Shown here: positions 1 through 9,643 of the stretch, piece by piece
Numbering within the stretch: the stretch's first letter is position 1
Layout: every line of letters begins with the position of its first letter
Virus record (IMG/VR): IMGVR_UViG_3300021197_001489
Span: 124,001 to 188,000 of that record
DNA: 64,000 nt
Reading direction: 5' to 3' (one strand)
Position numbers and translations under genes: made by a program
The notes under the pieces: model-generated
What the model saw: only the letters and a program-made list of their open reading frames with translations
Database searches by the model: none
What the model was told of the DNA's origin: nothing

Positions 1-2467
1 AATTGTTTTTGAATACTGGAGTAAGTCCAGTTGCGGCATCGTAATCGACCACACGATTGAAACGTATTTCAAACAAGACTTCACTGGCATTTACATTGCA
101 ACTGCCATCAGGTTCGAATGCACCAAGATTAGATGATGTGTAAAAAAGTTCACTTTGTGTAATCCAATCTGGATCTCCTACGATTTCCATTTCAACTTTG
201 GCTACGTCTGCAGGACCATACAGTCTTGAGGCCAGTTGTGCTGCTGGCAGTGTGCTTTCACCTCTGCCGCCTTGTGTACTTTGCTCTGCACTGGCTTGAA
301 AGTATCTTTTTTCAGCATACCGTGCATCGCCTCTAACCATATCAACTTTGCCACTGTTGTTGATTGGAGTAAGATAGTTTGTGTTTGCGTCAATTTCAAA
401 GTTTAGCACTTCGGTGTTAAGTCCAGTAAACCAATACTCGTATACTTTGTGTACGCCTCTATACATTGCTGGCGGAAAATATGGAGATCTTGGCGTGTTA
501 ATTTGATATCTAGAAACACGATATTTGATTTCGTACGCATAATCTTTCCTAGCACTATCATACTCGAGTGGTGTTGCTGTTTGAATTATTCGATACCATT
601 GCACAGTTTTTACTGGTGTATTTTGTATCTCTTGTTTGGTTATTTCGTCAAATGCCACAGTTTGCTGAGCCGTAATATATGAACTGTTTTTCATCACTTG
701 GTCAATCAACTGCACAATCTGCGTGCCTGCGGCAATACTGAATGATTTTGATTCTGTGTCAAACTGCTGGCGTTTTGGATCATTTATAATATTGGGATTG
801 TTATTGGTTACCATTGGAGAGTCTTGCTTGGCCACTGTTCCTTGTTTTTTCATCTTGGCATCTTTAAAGCCAGGAACATTTTCCAATTCAATGATGTACA
901 CGTCAGGAACATATCCAGGAGTTTTTTTAGCAAGCTCTTGCTGATGCTGATTGAGTGCTTCAACCAGCCCTTGTGTTACTGTTGCATTGGCCAGTCCTGC
1001 TGATTCGTTGTTACGATCTTCATTGGGATTGCCGCCGCGAACTGGAGTTTGTTGTTGTCTGGTAAGCAAGCTATTGCCGTTAAGCAATGTTTGGACATCA
1101 GGTGCATTCAACTGGAAGTTAAAAGGTATACTACCTCTGCCTGTGCTATACCCCACTTGAGTCTGTGGTATTACACACTCAATGTTGTATTCAACTGCCT
1201 GGCTGGCAATCTTGTACCTGATATTGGCCATTTGAAATGGAATAAATTTTTCAACTAGAGAGTTAGGATCACTGGTTGGTTCACCGCCTCTGTTAAGTGA
1301 TGCGTTACTAACAAGATTGCCGTTTTCGTCATAGCCAAAAAAGCGTATAACCATGAGATAGTTTTGACCGTTAATAGTTTGGGTTTGATCACCAGTATGT
1401 TGCCAAACTGCTTGGCGCAGCCGCTCCAAGAATGTAATTCCTTGCGGCTCAAGAAGATCAAACTTCATGGTAACAGCATTGTGCGGGCTGGATGTTCCTT
1501 GTGTGCCAACTTGGCATTTAAGTTCAAAATTTTCTGGATAAAAGTCCAAGTCAAAAAACTGGTTACGCTGTCCTATTGGTGCGCCTCCTGATTGAAAAAG
1601 CAACTGCTGACCGGGCAGTATTTTCCTGTCTGTGTTTAAAAACTTTTTAAACTCTTCTTTATCCATAAGATAGACACTGAGTGTGTAGGTTTGACTTGCA
1701 AGACCTGCTAGTTTGTTTGGCGTTGCAACAATGGGTTGCATAAATTCATCTGCAATTGCAGCACGGCCTTCTACTGCTTGTGATGCAGTGCCCACTGTGT
1801 TTTGCTTTTCCTGAAATGCATCATCAGGGTTTTCAATACGACCTTGGGTTGGGGTATTGCCGCCAGTGGTGCTAACTGTGCTGGTATTGTTGTCACTGCC
1901 CAGTTGTGCATCGCTTGGTCCAGCAAGCGTAGGACGAATTGCATTTGTAGCTTTGCTCGCTGATGCTTGCACTACTTGTGCGCTGTCTGTGCTTATGTTA
2001 GGAACACTGTCGTCGTTAGGTCCTAGTGTAAAGTTCTGCTTGAATGGTGTGCTTGGCAATGCATTTTCCAAGTTGCCTGCTTGTGCTGACAAAACTTCTG
2101 CGCCTGCACTGTCTCTGGAAATAGCAGCGGCTGTTGATGCAGCATTTAGGTTGCTAAATGCCGCCGGTCGTATAGCACTGAGTTTGGCTTGCATTGAATC
2201 AACTTGATCTCTGTTACCAACCAGTTGCTCTGCCAATCTCAAACGACCAGGATCACCTTGCAATCCTGAATTTTGCACTTGCAGGTTAACCAAACTGTTT
2301 TCAAGATTTTCTACTGTAACATTGCTGCTATCCCAGCGGGTGTTAATATCATTCCAGGTTGATCCGCTGGCAACGTCAGCAGCCAGTTTATCAACAATGG
2401 GTTGTTGTACATTGATCTGTAGTTGCAAACTTAGTCTGGCTTGATTCAATTGCTGTGACGTTGTCAT
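1..2467 (-). CDS. Baseplate hub-like protein (T4 gp27-like), 3' end truncated by window edge
   Basis: Not in the ORF track. ATG at 2467 follows the wedge gene stop. I translated the frame at several points (MTTSQQLN..., ILPGQQLLFQSGG..., VAKVEMEIVGDPDWITQSE..., FNRVVDYDAATG) and it runs off the window. The 'MEIVGDP' motif and synteny fit hub proteins. Continuity was spot-checked, not checked codon by codon. Confidence 0.7.
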   Translation of the reverse strand, partial: MTTSQQLNQARLSLQLQINVQQPIVDKLAADVASGSTWNDINTRWDSSNVTVENLENSLVNLQVQNSGLQGDPGRLRLAEQLVGNRDQVDSMQAKLSAIRPAAFSNLNAASTAAAISRDSAGAEVLSAQAGNLENALPSTPFKQNFTLGPNDDSVPNISTDSAQVVQASASKATNAIRPTLAGPSDAQLGSDNNTSTVSTTGGNTPTQGRIENPDDAFQEKQNTVGTASQAVEGRAAIADEFMQPIVATPNKLAGLASQTYTLSVYLMDKEEFKKFLNTDRKILPGQQLLFQSGGAPIGQRNQFFDLDFYPENFELKCQVGTQGTSSPHNAVTMKFDLLEPQGITFLERLRQAVWQHTGDQTQTINGQNYLMVIRFFGYDENGNLVSNASLNRGGEPTSDPNSLVEKFIPFQMANIRYKIASQAVEYNIECVIPQTQVGYSTGRGSIPFNFQLNAPDVQTLLNGNSLLTRQQQTPVRGGNPNEDRNNESAGLANATVTQGLVEALNQHQQELAKKTPGYVPDVYIIELENVPGFKDAKMKKQGTVAKQDSPMVTNNNPNIINDPKRQQFDTESKSFSIAAGTQIVQLIDQVMKNSSYITAQQTVAFDEITKQEIQNTPVKTVQWYRIIQTATPLEYDSARKDYAYEIKYRVSRYQINTPRSPYFPPAMYRGVHKVYEYWFTGLNTEVLNFEIDANTNYLTPINNSGKVDMVRGDARYAEKRYFQASAEQSTQGGRGESTLPAAQLASRLYGPADVAKVEMEIVGDPDWITQSELFYTSSNLGAFEPDGSCNVNASEVLFEIRFNRVVDYDAATGLTPVFKNN

Positions 2468-2468
2468 A

Positions 2469-2786
2469 TTAGATTCCTAATACTGTTTTCAGAGTGTCCT
2501 GCTGAGGTAGATAAATGGTAGTGCCTGTTGTAAAGTCGCCGAGTGGATCCTGCAACTGATTGGGATTCCGCTGTGCAAACACCCACCAAAGACCTGAATC
2601 TTGGTACAGGTCATATGCCAGTAGATCTGGGCGCAGATTGTATGTTTCGTTGATTGTCATTGACAAATCATCAACCAATTTAGGAATTGGTCTATTAACC
2701 ATTACGCCAAGATACTGTCTGTTAATAACAGGTGTAGCAAAATAGGAACTGCTACTTAGATATTCGTTGTCGGCACCTGCTTCCAT
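2469..2786 (-). CDS. gp53: Baseplate wedge subunit, LysM-like (T4 gp53-like)
   Basis: Motif 'YNLRPDLLAYDLYQDSGLWWVFAQRNP...GTTIYLP'. ATG at 2786 overlaps the upstream stop (TAATG). Confidence 0.8.
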   Translation of the reverse strand: MEAGADNEYLSSSSYFATPVINRQYLGVMVNRPIPKLVDDLSMTINETYNLRPDLLAYDLYQDSGLWWVFAQRNPNQLQDPLGDFTTGTTIYLPQQDTLKTVLGI

Positions 2787-4369
2787 TACCACATTCCTTT
2801 CTTGATCAAGTTGCCATTTGCATATTCTCTAAGACTGAATGTTTGGCTCTGCTGTTGTCTTGTTGCAACTGGCAATAAGTTAATTGTCATCGACATCTTG
2901 GTTGGTACATAGGTTGCACCTTTGCTGCCAAGATTGCTTGGTCCTGCTTTAAATGGCTTTGCGCCAACTTGCAGAGGCTGTGTGCCGCCATTAAAAGCAT
3001 TGGTAATTGCTGTTCCTAGGCGTGACAGGCTAGCAAAGTTGCCGTTTGTTGGGGCAGTTGCAAGTGGTTTTTGAAATTGCAAATTGTCGGCGCTTGTTAT
3101 CTGTCTACTTCTTGCTCGTATATAGTTCACATCGCTGGGCAGGTTGTAGTTAAATTCTGATACCACACAAGGTGATTCGTTAAACTGATATTCCCCCAAT
3201 CCTGTTAGGTACAACAGTGGCGGTGGTGACCCTCTTTCGGCATCTTGCCCGTAAAACATTTTGCTAGCACTTCTTAAAAAGTGTATGACTGCTAACATGT
3301 ATTCTGCTTCTACTGTATCTTGTGCTGTAAAATCTGCTTGAATTTGCACAGTTTGCACACTTGACCCTTTGTAAAAATAGTTTATATAGTTGCTGTGTGT
3401 CGGCTGGTAATTGTTGTATTCTGCTCTATACTGCAAATCAATCTGTGGAGTGTATGGAAAGATAATACCGTCTGTCACGGCCAGTGGAGCAAGGATACCA
3501 GGGTTTGACGCCTTGTACAGATATGTGGCCTGTGGAGCAAGACGAAGTTTTACACGCCAGTCGCCGTCGGCGTTTTTAACACCACTTGCTTCTCGCATAG
3601 CATTGACTGTTTGCTGTTGCTGTGCTTTTTGAGTCAATGCTCGTGCATTGTTTGCAGCTTCTTGCGCTTCAGCATCTGCTGCATCTTGTTCAGCAGCATC
3701 TTCGGCTTCGTCATCGTCGATACCGTAGTCAGTTCCCCCTGCAATAGTGTCGCCGTCTTCGTCTCCAGCTTCAACTCTATCAGCAGCAAAATCAATGTCA
3801 TCTTCATCATCGAAGTCCGATCCGTGATCGCGAGCGTTGTCAGTGAAGTTGACATCGTCGCCGTCATCTAAGACAATCGTGCCATCTTCTTGTAACCCAG
3901 GGCGTTCGTAGCCAACTGGGTTTGGTTCAACCACACTGTAATCTTCAGCGTTTGCTGTAGTTTCTGTTGCAGCATTGTTGATGGCTTCGGTGTTGTCAGT
4001 TACATATTCGCGCGATAAATCAGTTGCAGTTGGCCCAGGGTTTGCTGGTTCTACCAATGGCTCAGGAACTGGTGGACGTTGATACGCAGGTGGTATCGGT
4101 TCTGGTTCTTGGTAAGCATCGCCATAGGCGTCTAGATCGGTATCATCAGAAGTAACATCACTCCAGTCAAATCTTGGTTGAGTTGCCTGGACACTGTTCA
4201 CACGTCCAAAATCTTGATTAATAATAGGTGTAGCGTTTCTATCAATGGTGTAGTTGTCAACCTCAGATGCTGGCACATCTGCTAAAAATGCCAGTGTATT
4301 TAAATCAGCGTCTGGGTTCTGTTGCGCCAGTTCATTCATTTGATTGGCTTTAGCCGGATCGAAAACCAT
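2786..4369 (-). CDS. Baseplate/tail-tube initiator-like protein with long acidic N-terminal region
   Basis: C-terminal half has 'GIIFPYTP...THSNY...FTAQ...GSPPPLLYLTGLGEYQF..SPCVVSEFNYNLP', which resembles the tube-fold baseplate proteins of T4-like phages. A late promoter lies upstream. Confidence 0.6.
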   Translation of the reverse strand: MVFDPAKANQMNELAQQNPDADLNTLAFLADVPASEVDNYTIDRNATPIINQDFGRVNSVQATQPRFDWSDVTSDDTDLDAYGDAYQEPEPIPPAYQRPPVPEPLVEPANPGPTATDLSREYVTDNTEAINNAATETTANAEDYSVVEPNPVGYERPGLQEDGTIVLDDGDDVNFTDNARDHGSDFDDEDDIDFAADRVEAGDEDGDTIAGGTDYGIDDDEAEDAAEQDAADAEAQEAANNARALTQKAQQQQTVNAMREASGVKNADGDWRVKLRLAPQATYLYKASNPGILAPLAVTDGIIFPYTPQIDLQYRAEYNNYQPTHSNYINYFYKGSSVQTVQIQADFTAQDTVEAEYMLAVIHFLRSASKMFYGQDAERGSPPPLLYLTGLGEYQFNESPCVVSEFNYNLPSDVNYIRARSRQITSADNLQFQKPLATAPTNGNFASLSRLGTAITNAFNGGTQPLQVGAKPFKAGPSNLGSKGATYVPTKMSMTINLLPVATRQQQSQTFSLREYANGNLIKKGMW

Positions 4370-4385
4370 GTTAACTCCTATACGT

Positions 4386-4392
4386 TATTTAT
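4386..4392 (-). promoter_or_regulatory. Late (gp55-type) promoter ATAAATA
   Basis: ATAAATA on the minus strand 17 nt upstream of the baseplate operon; T4 late consensus is TATAAATA. Confidence 0.65.
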
Positions 4393-4419
4393 GGCTGGTA
4401 AAAACGGCTAAGTTAATGA

Positions 4420-4447
4420 TTGACAACCCCTATGTATAGTGTATAAT
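4420..4447 (+). promoter_or_regulatory. Sigma70-type promoter for the gp55-gp47-gp46 operon
   Basis: TTGACA-16 nt-TATAAT, followed by an AAGGAG RBS before 4473. Confidence 0.75.
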
Positions 4448-4472
4448 AAGTACTATTAATAAGGAGAACTGA

Positions 4473-5366
4473 ATGCCACCAGTTAAAAAGCCTAAGAAAG
4501 TTAACTATCTTAACAACAGAGATATTCTCAAAGAAATTCACAAAAGCAAAGCAACTTTTTGCTCATTTCAAGAATCGCATCAGGCACAGTATGATATTAT
4601 TGTACCCAGTGTGGACAAAATTAACCAGCGCAGTATTGCAGAAGCAAGGCGCAACAAAGCCGATCGTATCAAGCGAGAGACCGGCGAGATTGTTGATCCA
4701 ACAAAACTAAGCAATCAAGAGCTTGTGTTTCGTGTTACCTGCTGGGATCATATTCCAATGGTGCCCAAGAAGCTAACCAAAGCACAAGAAAAGAAAAAAA
4801 GCAAGCTGGAAGAGATTCTGGAAATGGATGAAGTAGACTACGACGATGATGGTTTACAAGAACTGATGGTTGAAGTTGAACAAGATCTCAACTATGTAAA
4901 GCTAAACTTTCCACCATTCTATCATTACATGCTCGACGAAGACAAAATACCATATCTAGTAGGCAAAAGTCACTGGGTTGGCGGATTTGAAAACGGATAT
5001 TTTTCAAAGGACCATGGCAAAATGACTGACAAGCTGGCACACATGTTTATCAAACTGTGCGAACGCTATGCTACACGTTCAAACTGGCGCGGGTACACCT
5101 ACAATGAAGAAATGCGTGGGCAAGCACTGCTACAGTTGAGTCAAATTGGGTTGCAGTTTGATGAATCAAAAAGTCAAAATCCTTTTGCATACTACACGGC
5201 TGCTATCACAAACAGCTTTACCAGAGTGCTAAACATTGAAAAGAAGAATCAAAACATTCGTGATGATATCCTTGAGCAAAACGGATTGAATCCAAGTTGG
5301 ACACGCCAGTTTAACAACTCGCCAGATGCAAAGAAATTAGTAGAAGAATCAGCAGCTAAAAAGTAA
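4473..5366 (+). CDS. gp55: Late-transcription sigma factor (T4 gp55-like)
   Basis: Motifs 'NYLNNRDILKEIHKSK' and 'RSNWRGYTYNEEMRGQALLQL...FDESKSQNPFAYYTAAITNSF'; adjacent to gp47/gp46 as in T4. Confidence 0.9.
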   Translation: MPPVKKPKKVNYLNNRDILKEIHKSKATFCSFQESHQAQYDIIVPSVDKINQRSIAEARRNKADRIKRETGEIVDPTKLSNQELVFRVTCWDHIPMVPKKLTKAQEKKKSKLEEILEMDEVDYDDDGLQELMVEVEQDLNYVKLNFPPFYHYMLDEDKIPYLVGKSHWVGGFENGYFSKDHGKMTDKLAHMFIKLCERYATRSNWRGYTYNEEMRGQALLQLSQIGLQFDESKSQNPFAYYTAAITNSFTRVLNIEKKNQNIRDDILEQNGLNPSWTRQFNNSPDAKKLVEESAAKK

Positions 5367-5376
5367 GGACGCACAT

Positions 5377-6390
5377 ATGGGTTTGTTTAAAAAAGCCTTG
5401 GTGTTCACTGACATCCACTTTGGCATGAAAAGCAACAGCATCATGCACAATCAAGACTGTGAACAGTTTGTGGATTGGGCAGTGCAGCAAGGCAAACTGC
5501 ATGGCTGCGAAACTTGTATCTTTATGGGAGATTGGCATCACCATAGAGCAAGCCTCAGCCTGCTAACCATGAATCACAGTTTGCGAGCACTAGAAAAGCT
5601 CAGTTCAGGTTTTGACATTACCTACTTTATCACTGGCAACCATGACTTGTACTATCGTGACAAGCGTGATATTTACAGTTTTGAGTGGGCCAAGCATATT
5701 CCAAATTTAAAAATATGCAATGACTGGTTCCAACAAGATGACGTTATACTGTGTCCATGGTTAGTTGGCGATGATCACAAGCGTATCAAAACTGCCAGTG
5801 CCAAGTACATGTTTGGACACTTTGAACTACCGCACTTTAAAATGAATGCCATGGTAGAAATGCCAGATCACGGAGAGATTAAAAGCGAACACTTTCAGCA
5901 ATACGGCGAAGTGTTTTCAGGACATTTCCATTTGCGTCAGAAGAAAAACAACATCAACTATATTGGCAATGCTTTTCCGCATAACTTTTCGGATGCCGGC
6001 GATGATCAACGTGGCGTTATGATTATGGATTGGGATGGCACCAAGGAGTACATTGCTTGGCCTAAACAGCCACTTTACAGTGTTATGGATCTAAGCGATG
6101 TTATTGACTATGCTGACACTAGACTAAAGCCCAACATGCATGTGCGTGTTAACTTGGATATTGAAATTTCCTACGAAGAAGCAAACTACATCAAAGAACA
6201 GTTTATCACCAAGTATAATCTGCGTGAGATGGCACTTATACCAAATAAACGCAGTGCATTAGAAGAAGAAATGAACCCTGGCGATATCAAGTTTGAAAGT
6301 GTTGATCAAATTGTAACTGAACAGATCATAAACATTGACAGTGAATTCTATGACAACAAACTGTTGTTAGAAATTTACCGGAGTTTGTAA
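5377..6390 (+). CDS. gp47: Recombination nuclease subunit (Mre11/SbcD-like, T4 gp47)
   Basis: Metallophosphoesterase motifs DIHFG, GDWHH, GNHD, GHFE and SGHFH. Confidence 0.93.
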   Translation: MGLFKKALVFTDIHFGMKSNSIMHNQDCEQFVDWAVQQGKLHGCETCIFMGDWHHHRASLSLLTMNHSLRALEKLSSGFDITYFITGNHDLYYRDKRDIYSFEWAKHIPNLKICNDWFQQDDVILCPWLVGDDHKRIKTASAKYMFGHFELPHFKMNAMVEMPDHGEIKSEHFQQYGEVFSGHFHLRQKKNNINYIGNAFPHNFSDAGDDQRGVMIMDWDGTKEYIAWPKQPLYSVMDLSDVIDYADTRLKPNMHVRVNLDIEISYEEANYIKEQFITKYNLREMALIPNKRSALEEEMNPGDIKFESVDQIVTEQIINIDSEFYDNKLLLEIYRSL

Positions 6391-6441
6391 ATGGATTCTA
6401 AAGTGTTTGCAAAAGCAATGAATTTATGTTAGTATACTTAC

Positions 6442-8199
6442 ATGATACAACTTAAAGATCTCACAGTTAAAAACTTCATGAGTGTGGGCAACGCCACACA
6501 AGCTATCAACTTTGATCGACAAGATCTCACATTGGTTCTAGGTGAAAACTTGGACCTTGGCGGCGATGGCAGCCGGAACGGCACTGGCAAGACCACTATC
6601 ATCAATGCACTAAGCTATGCACTGTACGGACAAGCACTGACAAATATCCGACGTGACAACTTGATTAACAAGACCAACAGCAAAGGCATGATGGTTAGTT
6701 TGGATTTCTGTGTTGGTGAACAGTGTTACAGGATTGAGCGCGGTCGTAAACCAAATGTGTTAAAGTTTTATATCAACGACAGTGAACAAGAATCAGACGA
6801 CAATGCACAAGGTGATAGTAGAGAAACACAAGGCGCTATTGAAAAACTGTTAAGCATGAGTCACACTATGTTTAAACACTTGGTAGCATTGAACACATAC
6901 ACCGAACCGTTTTTAAGTCTTAAACAAAACGATCAAAGAGAAATAATTGAACAACTGCTGGGTATAACCTTGCTCAGTGAACGTGCTGACAAGATCAAAG
7001 ATCTAAGCAAGCAAACCAAGGATTCAATCAAAGAAGAAGAAATGTCAATCCGTGCATTGCAAAATGCCAATGACAAAATAGGTGAACAAGTTGAAGCACT
7101 CAAGCGTAGACAAACACTGTGGCAAAACAAAAAAACAGAAGACACAGCCAAGTTCGAACGTGCTATTGAAGACTTAGCACATGTAGACATTGATGAGGAA
7201 CTTAGAGCACACACCGAACTTGCTGACTGGAATACGCTCAACAACGAACAGACACAATTACAAAAAGACATTGCGGCATTGCAAGCACAAGTTAGCAGAG
7301 CTGAACGTGATGTGAAAAAAGCAAACAAAGCTCTGGTAGGATGGCAAGACGGAGTTTGTCACAGTTGCAACCAAAGCATTGAACACTTGGATAGCCACAA
7401 ACAAGAAATTGAAAAGGCAGAGAAGGAACATGACGAAGCAAATAATTTCCTTGGAGAACTACAAGAAGGAATTGAAACGCTCTCAGCTGGAAAAACAGAT
7501 GTCCCAGCAAAACCACGCACTTTCTATGATAGCGCCAATGATGCACACAACCATCGTTCAAGCCTATCAGCACTGGAATTACAACTACAAAATAAACAAG
7601 ATGAAAGTGACCCTTACACCGATCAAATAGCAGACATGGAAACATCAGCAGTGCAAGAAGTTAGCTATGACAAACTCAACGACCTAACACGGTTGCACGA
7701 ACATCAAGACTTCTTGCTCAAACTGTTAACCAACAAAGACAGCTTTGTGCGCAAACGTATCATTGATCAAAATCTAAGTTACTTGAATTCAAGACTAACA
7801 CACTACTTGGACAGAATTGGATTGCCGCACACTGTGATATTCCAGAACGACCTAACTGTAGAGATTCAAGAGCTAGGCAGAGACTTAGACTTTGACAATC
7901 TATCAAGAGGTGAACGTAACAGACTTATACTGAGTATGAGTTGGGCGTTCCGTGATGTATGGGAGAGTTTGTATGGTGCAATCAACTTGCTGTTCATTGA
8001 TGAACTGGTTGATTCGGGTATGGATACATCAGGTGTAGAAGCAAGTTTAGCACTGCTTAAGAAGATGGCCCGTGAACGTGACAAGAGTATTTGGTTAGTA
8101 TCGCACAAGGACGAGCTTGCAGGGCGTGTAAACAACTTGCTTAAAGTTGTCAAAGAAAACGGCTTTACCAGCTATAACACAGATGTTGAAATACTATGA
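6442..8199 (+). CDS. gp46: Recombination ATPase subunit (Rad50/SbcC-like, T4 gp46)
   Basis: Walker A 'NGTGKTT', coiled coil with CHSC zinc hook, signature 'LSRGE', Walker B 'LLFIDE', H-loop 'VSH'. Confidence 0.95.
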   Translation: MIQLKDLTVKNFMSVGNATQAINFDRQDLTLVLGENLDLGGDGSRNGTGKTTIINALSYALYGQALTNIRRDNLINKTNSKGMMVSLDFCVGEQCYRIERGRKPNVLKFYINDSEQESDDNAQGDSRETQGAIEKLLSMSHTMFKHLVALNTYTEPFLSLKQNDQREIIEQLLGITLLSERADKIKDLSKQTKDSIKEEEMSIRALQNANDKIGEQVEALKRRQTLWQNKKTEDTAKFERAIEDLAHVDIDEELRAHTELADWNTLNNEQTQLQKDIAALQAQVSRAERDVKKANKALVGWQDGVCHSCNQSIEHLDSHKQEIEKAEKEHDEANNFLGELQEGIETLSAGKTDVPAKPRTFYDSANDAHNHRSSLSALELQLQNKQDESDPYTDQIADMETSAVQEVSYDKLNDLTRLHEHQDFLLKLLTNKDSFVRKRIIDQNLSYLNSRLTHYLDRIGLPHTVIFQNDLTVEIQELGRDLDFDNLSRGERNRLILSMSWAFRDVWESLYGAINLLFIDELVDSGMDTSGVEASLALLKKMARERDKSIWLVSHKDELAGRVNNLLKVVKENGFTSYNTDVEIL

Positions 8200-9227
8200 G
8201 CCTAGCACTGGATCACTGGCATATTGAAGTAAGCAGCGTTTGCACATTGCAGTGCCCGCGATGTACTCGTGCTGAAGTTCCAGAAACACTGCTTAACCGA
8301 AATCTCAATTTAAAATTTTTTCAAGAACAAATCGGTGAAGAATGGATAACAAAAATTCGCAAAATCACATTCTGTGGCGACGATGGTGATCCAATCTATG
8401 CCAAACAGTTTATCGAAATTGTTGAATGGATCAAAACGGTTAATCCTGATATTCAGCTCTTGATTATCACCAACGGCAGTTATAAAACTGCTGATTGGTG
8501 GCATCGTCTTGCTTGTGTACTCAATGAAAATGACGAGGTTCATTGGAGTTTAGACGGCTGGAATCAAGATAGCAACAGCAAATACAGAGTAAACTGCGAC
8601 TGGGCAAGTATTATGTTGGGCATAATAACTTTTCGTGTTTACAACAAAACCACATACACCGTGGTGGCAAGTATAGCATTTAGATTCAACGAAAACAACT
8701 TGCAAGATATAAAACAGATTGCAACAGATAACAATTTTGATTGTTGGCAACTTACAAAAAGTACAAAATTTGGTAGCAAATATCCAGTCGCTTATGGCAC
8801 AGACGACTTGCTAGAGCCTCTAGATACTGAATTGGTTGCGGCAGGACATCGTTTTGAAAGAACACAATACCCACTGAGCGACAAAACTCGACCAGGAAGC
8901 GATCTCAAAGAGTTGTTTTGGCAACGTGCGCAAAAATTAAATGCAAGCGACGAGTATCCTGCATTGTGCTATATCGGCAATAAAGGTGTATTTTTAAAAA
9001 GCACAGGAGAATTTTATCCGTGTTGCTGGACAGCATTACGCTATCCACATAATACAAAGTGGATCGAGCTTGCAGAAACCAAATTTAACCTGTACAATAG
9101 CACATTGGATCAGATACTAGATGATCCATGGTGGAGTACAGAATTTAGGCAGTTTGACAATCTAGAATGCAAAACAAAATGTATTAAAAGCAAACTTTTG
9201 GATCAGGCTCATGTCACAGAGTGGTAA
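8196..9227 (+). CDS. Radical SAM protein with C-terminal SPASM/twitch-like cysteines
   Basis: CxxxCxxC motif (CTLQCPRC), 'FCGDDGDP', and C-terminal 'CYIG...YPCCW...CKTKC'. Confidence 0.85.
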   Translation: MSLALDHWHIEVSSVCTLQCPRCTRAEVPETLLNRNLNLKFFQEQIGEEWITKIRKITFCGDDGDPIYAKQFIEIVEWIKTVNPDIQLLIITNGSYKTADWWHRLACVLNENDEVHWSLDGWNQDSNSKYRVNCDWASIMLGIITFRVYNKTTYTVVASIAFRFNENNLQDIKQIATDNNFDCWQLTKSTKFGSKYPVAYGTDDLLEPLDTELVAAGHRFERTQYPLSDKTRPGSDLKELFWQRAQKLNASDEYPALCYIGNKGVFLKSTGEFYPCCWTALRYPHNTKWIELAETKFNLYNSTLDQILDDPWWSTEFRQFDNLECKTKCIKSKLLDQAHVTEW

Positions 9228-9235
9228 CTATCACT

Positions 9236-9643
9236 ATGACATGGTACTACCAAGACAAAGAAGTAACTGATATTCCAGAAGGAGCAATTGGATTTGTGTA
9301 CATAATCACCAATCTTGTAGACAATCGCAAGTATATTGGCAAGAAATTGGCACAGTTTAAGCGCAGTAGAAAACCACTCAAAGGCAGAAAAAACAAACGC
9401 AGATACACAGTTACATCAGATTGGCAAGACTATTATGGCAGCAGCGATGCACTTACTGCGGATGTCGAACTGCTAGGCAAAGACAAGTTTAAACGCGAAA
9501 TAATGTTTTGGTGTGCAAGCAAAAGCGAACTTAGCTATGTTGAAGCAAGAGAACAATTTGCACACCGAGTATTAGAAAGCAAAGACTGGTATAACGGACA
9601 TATACAGGTTCGGGTACACCAAAAAGGCATACTAAAGGAATAA
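9236..9643 (+). CDS. Small GIY-YIG (Seg-like) endonuclease
   Basis: 'GFVYIITNLVDNRKYIGKK...YYGSS...E...WYNGHI'. ATG at 9236 gives 135 aa. Confidence 0.85.
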   Translation: MTWYYQDKEVTDIPEGAIGFVYIITNLVDNRKYIGKKLAQFKRSRKPLKGRKNKRRYTVTSDWQDYYGSSDALTADVELLGKDKFKREIMFWCASKSELSYVEAREQFAHRVLESKDWYNGHIQVRVHQKGILKE

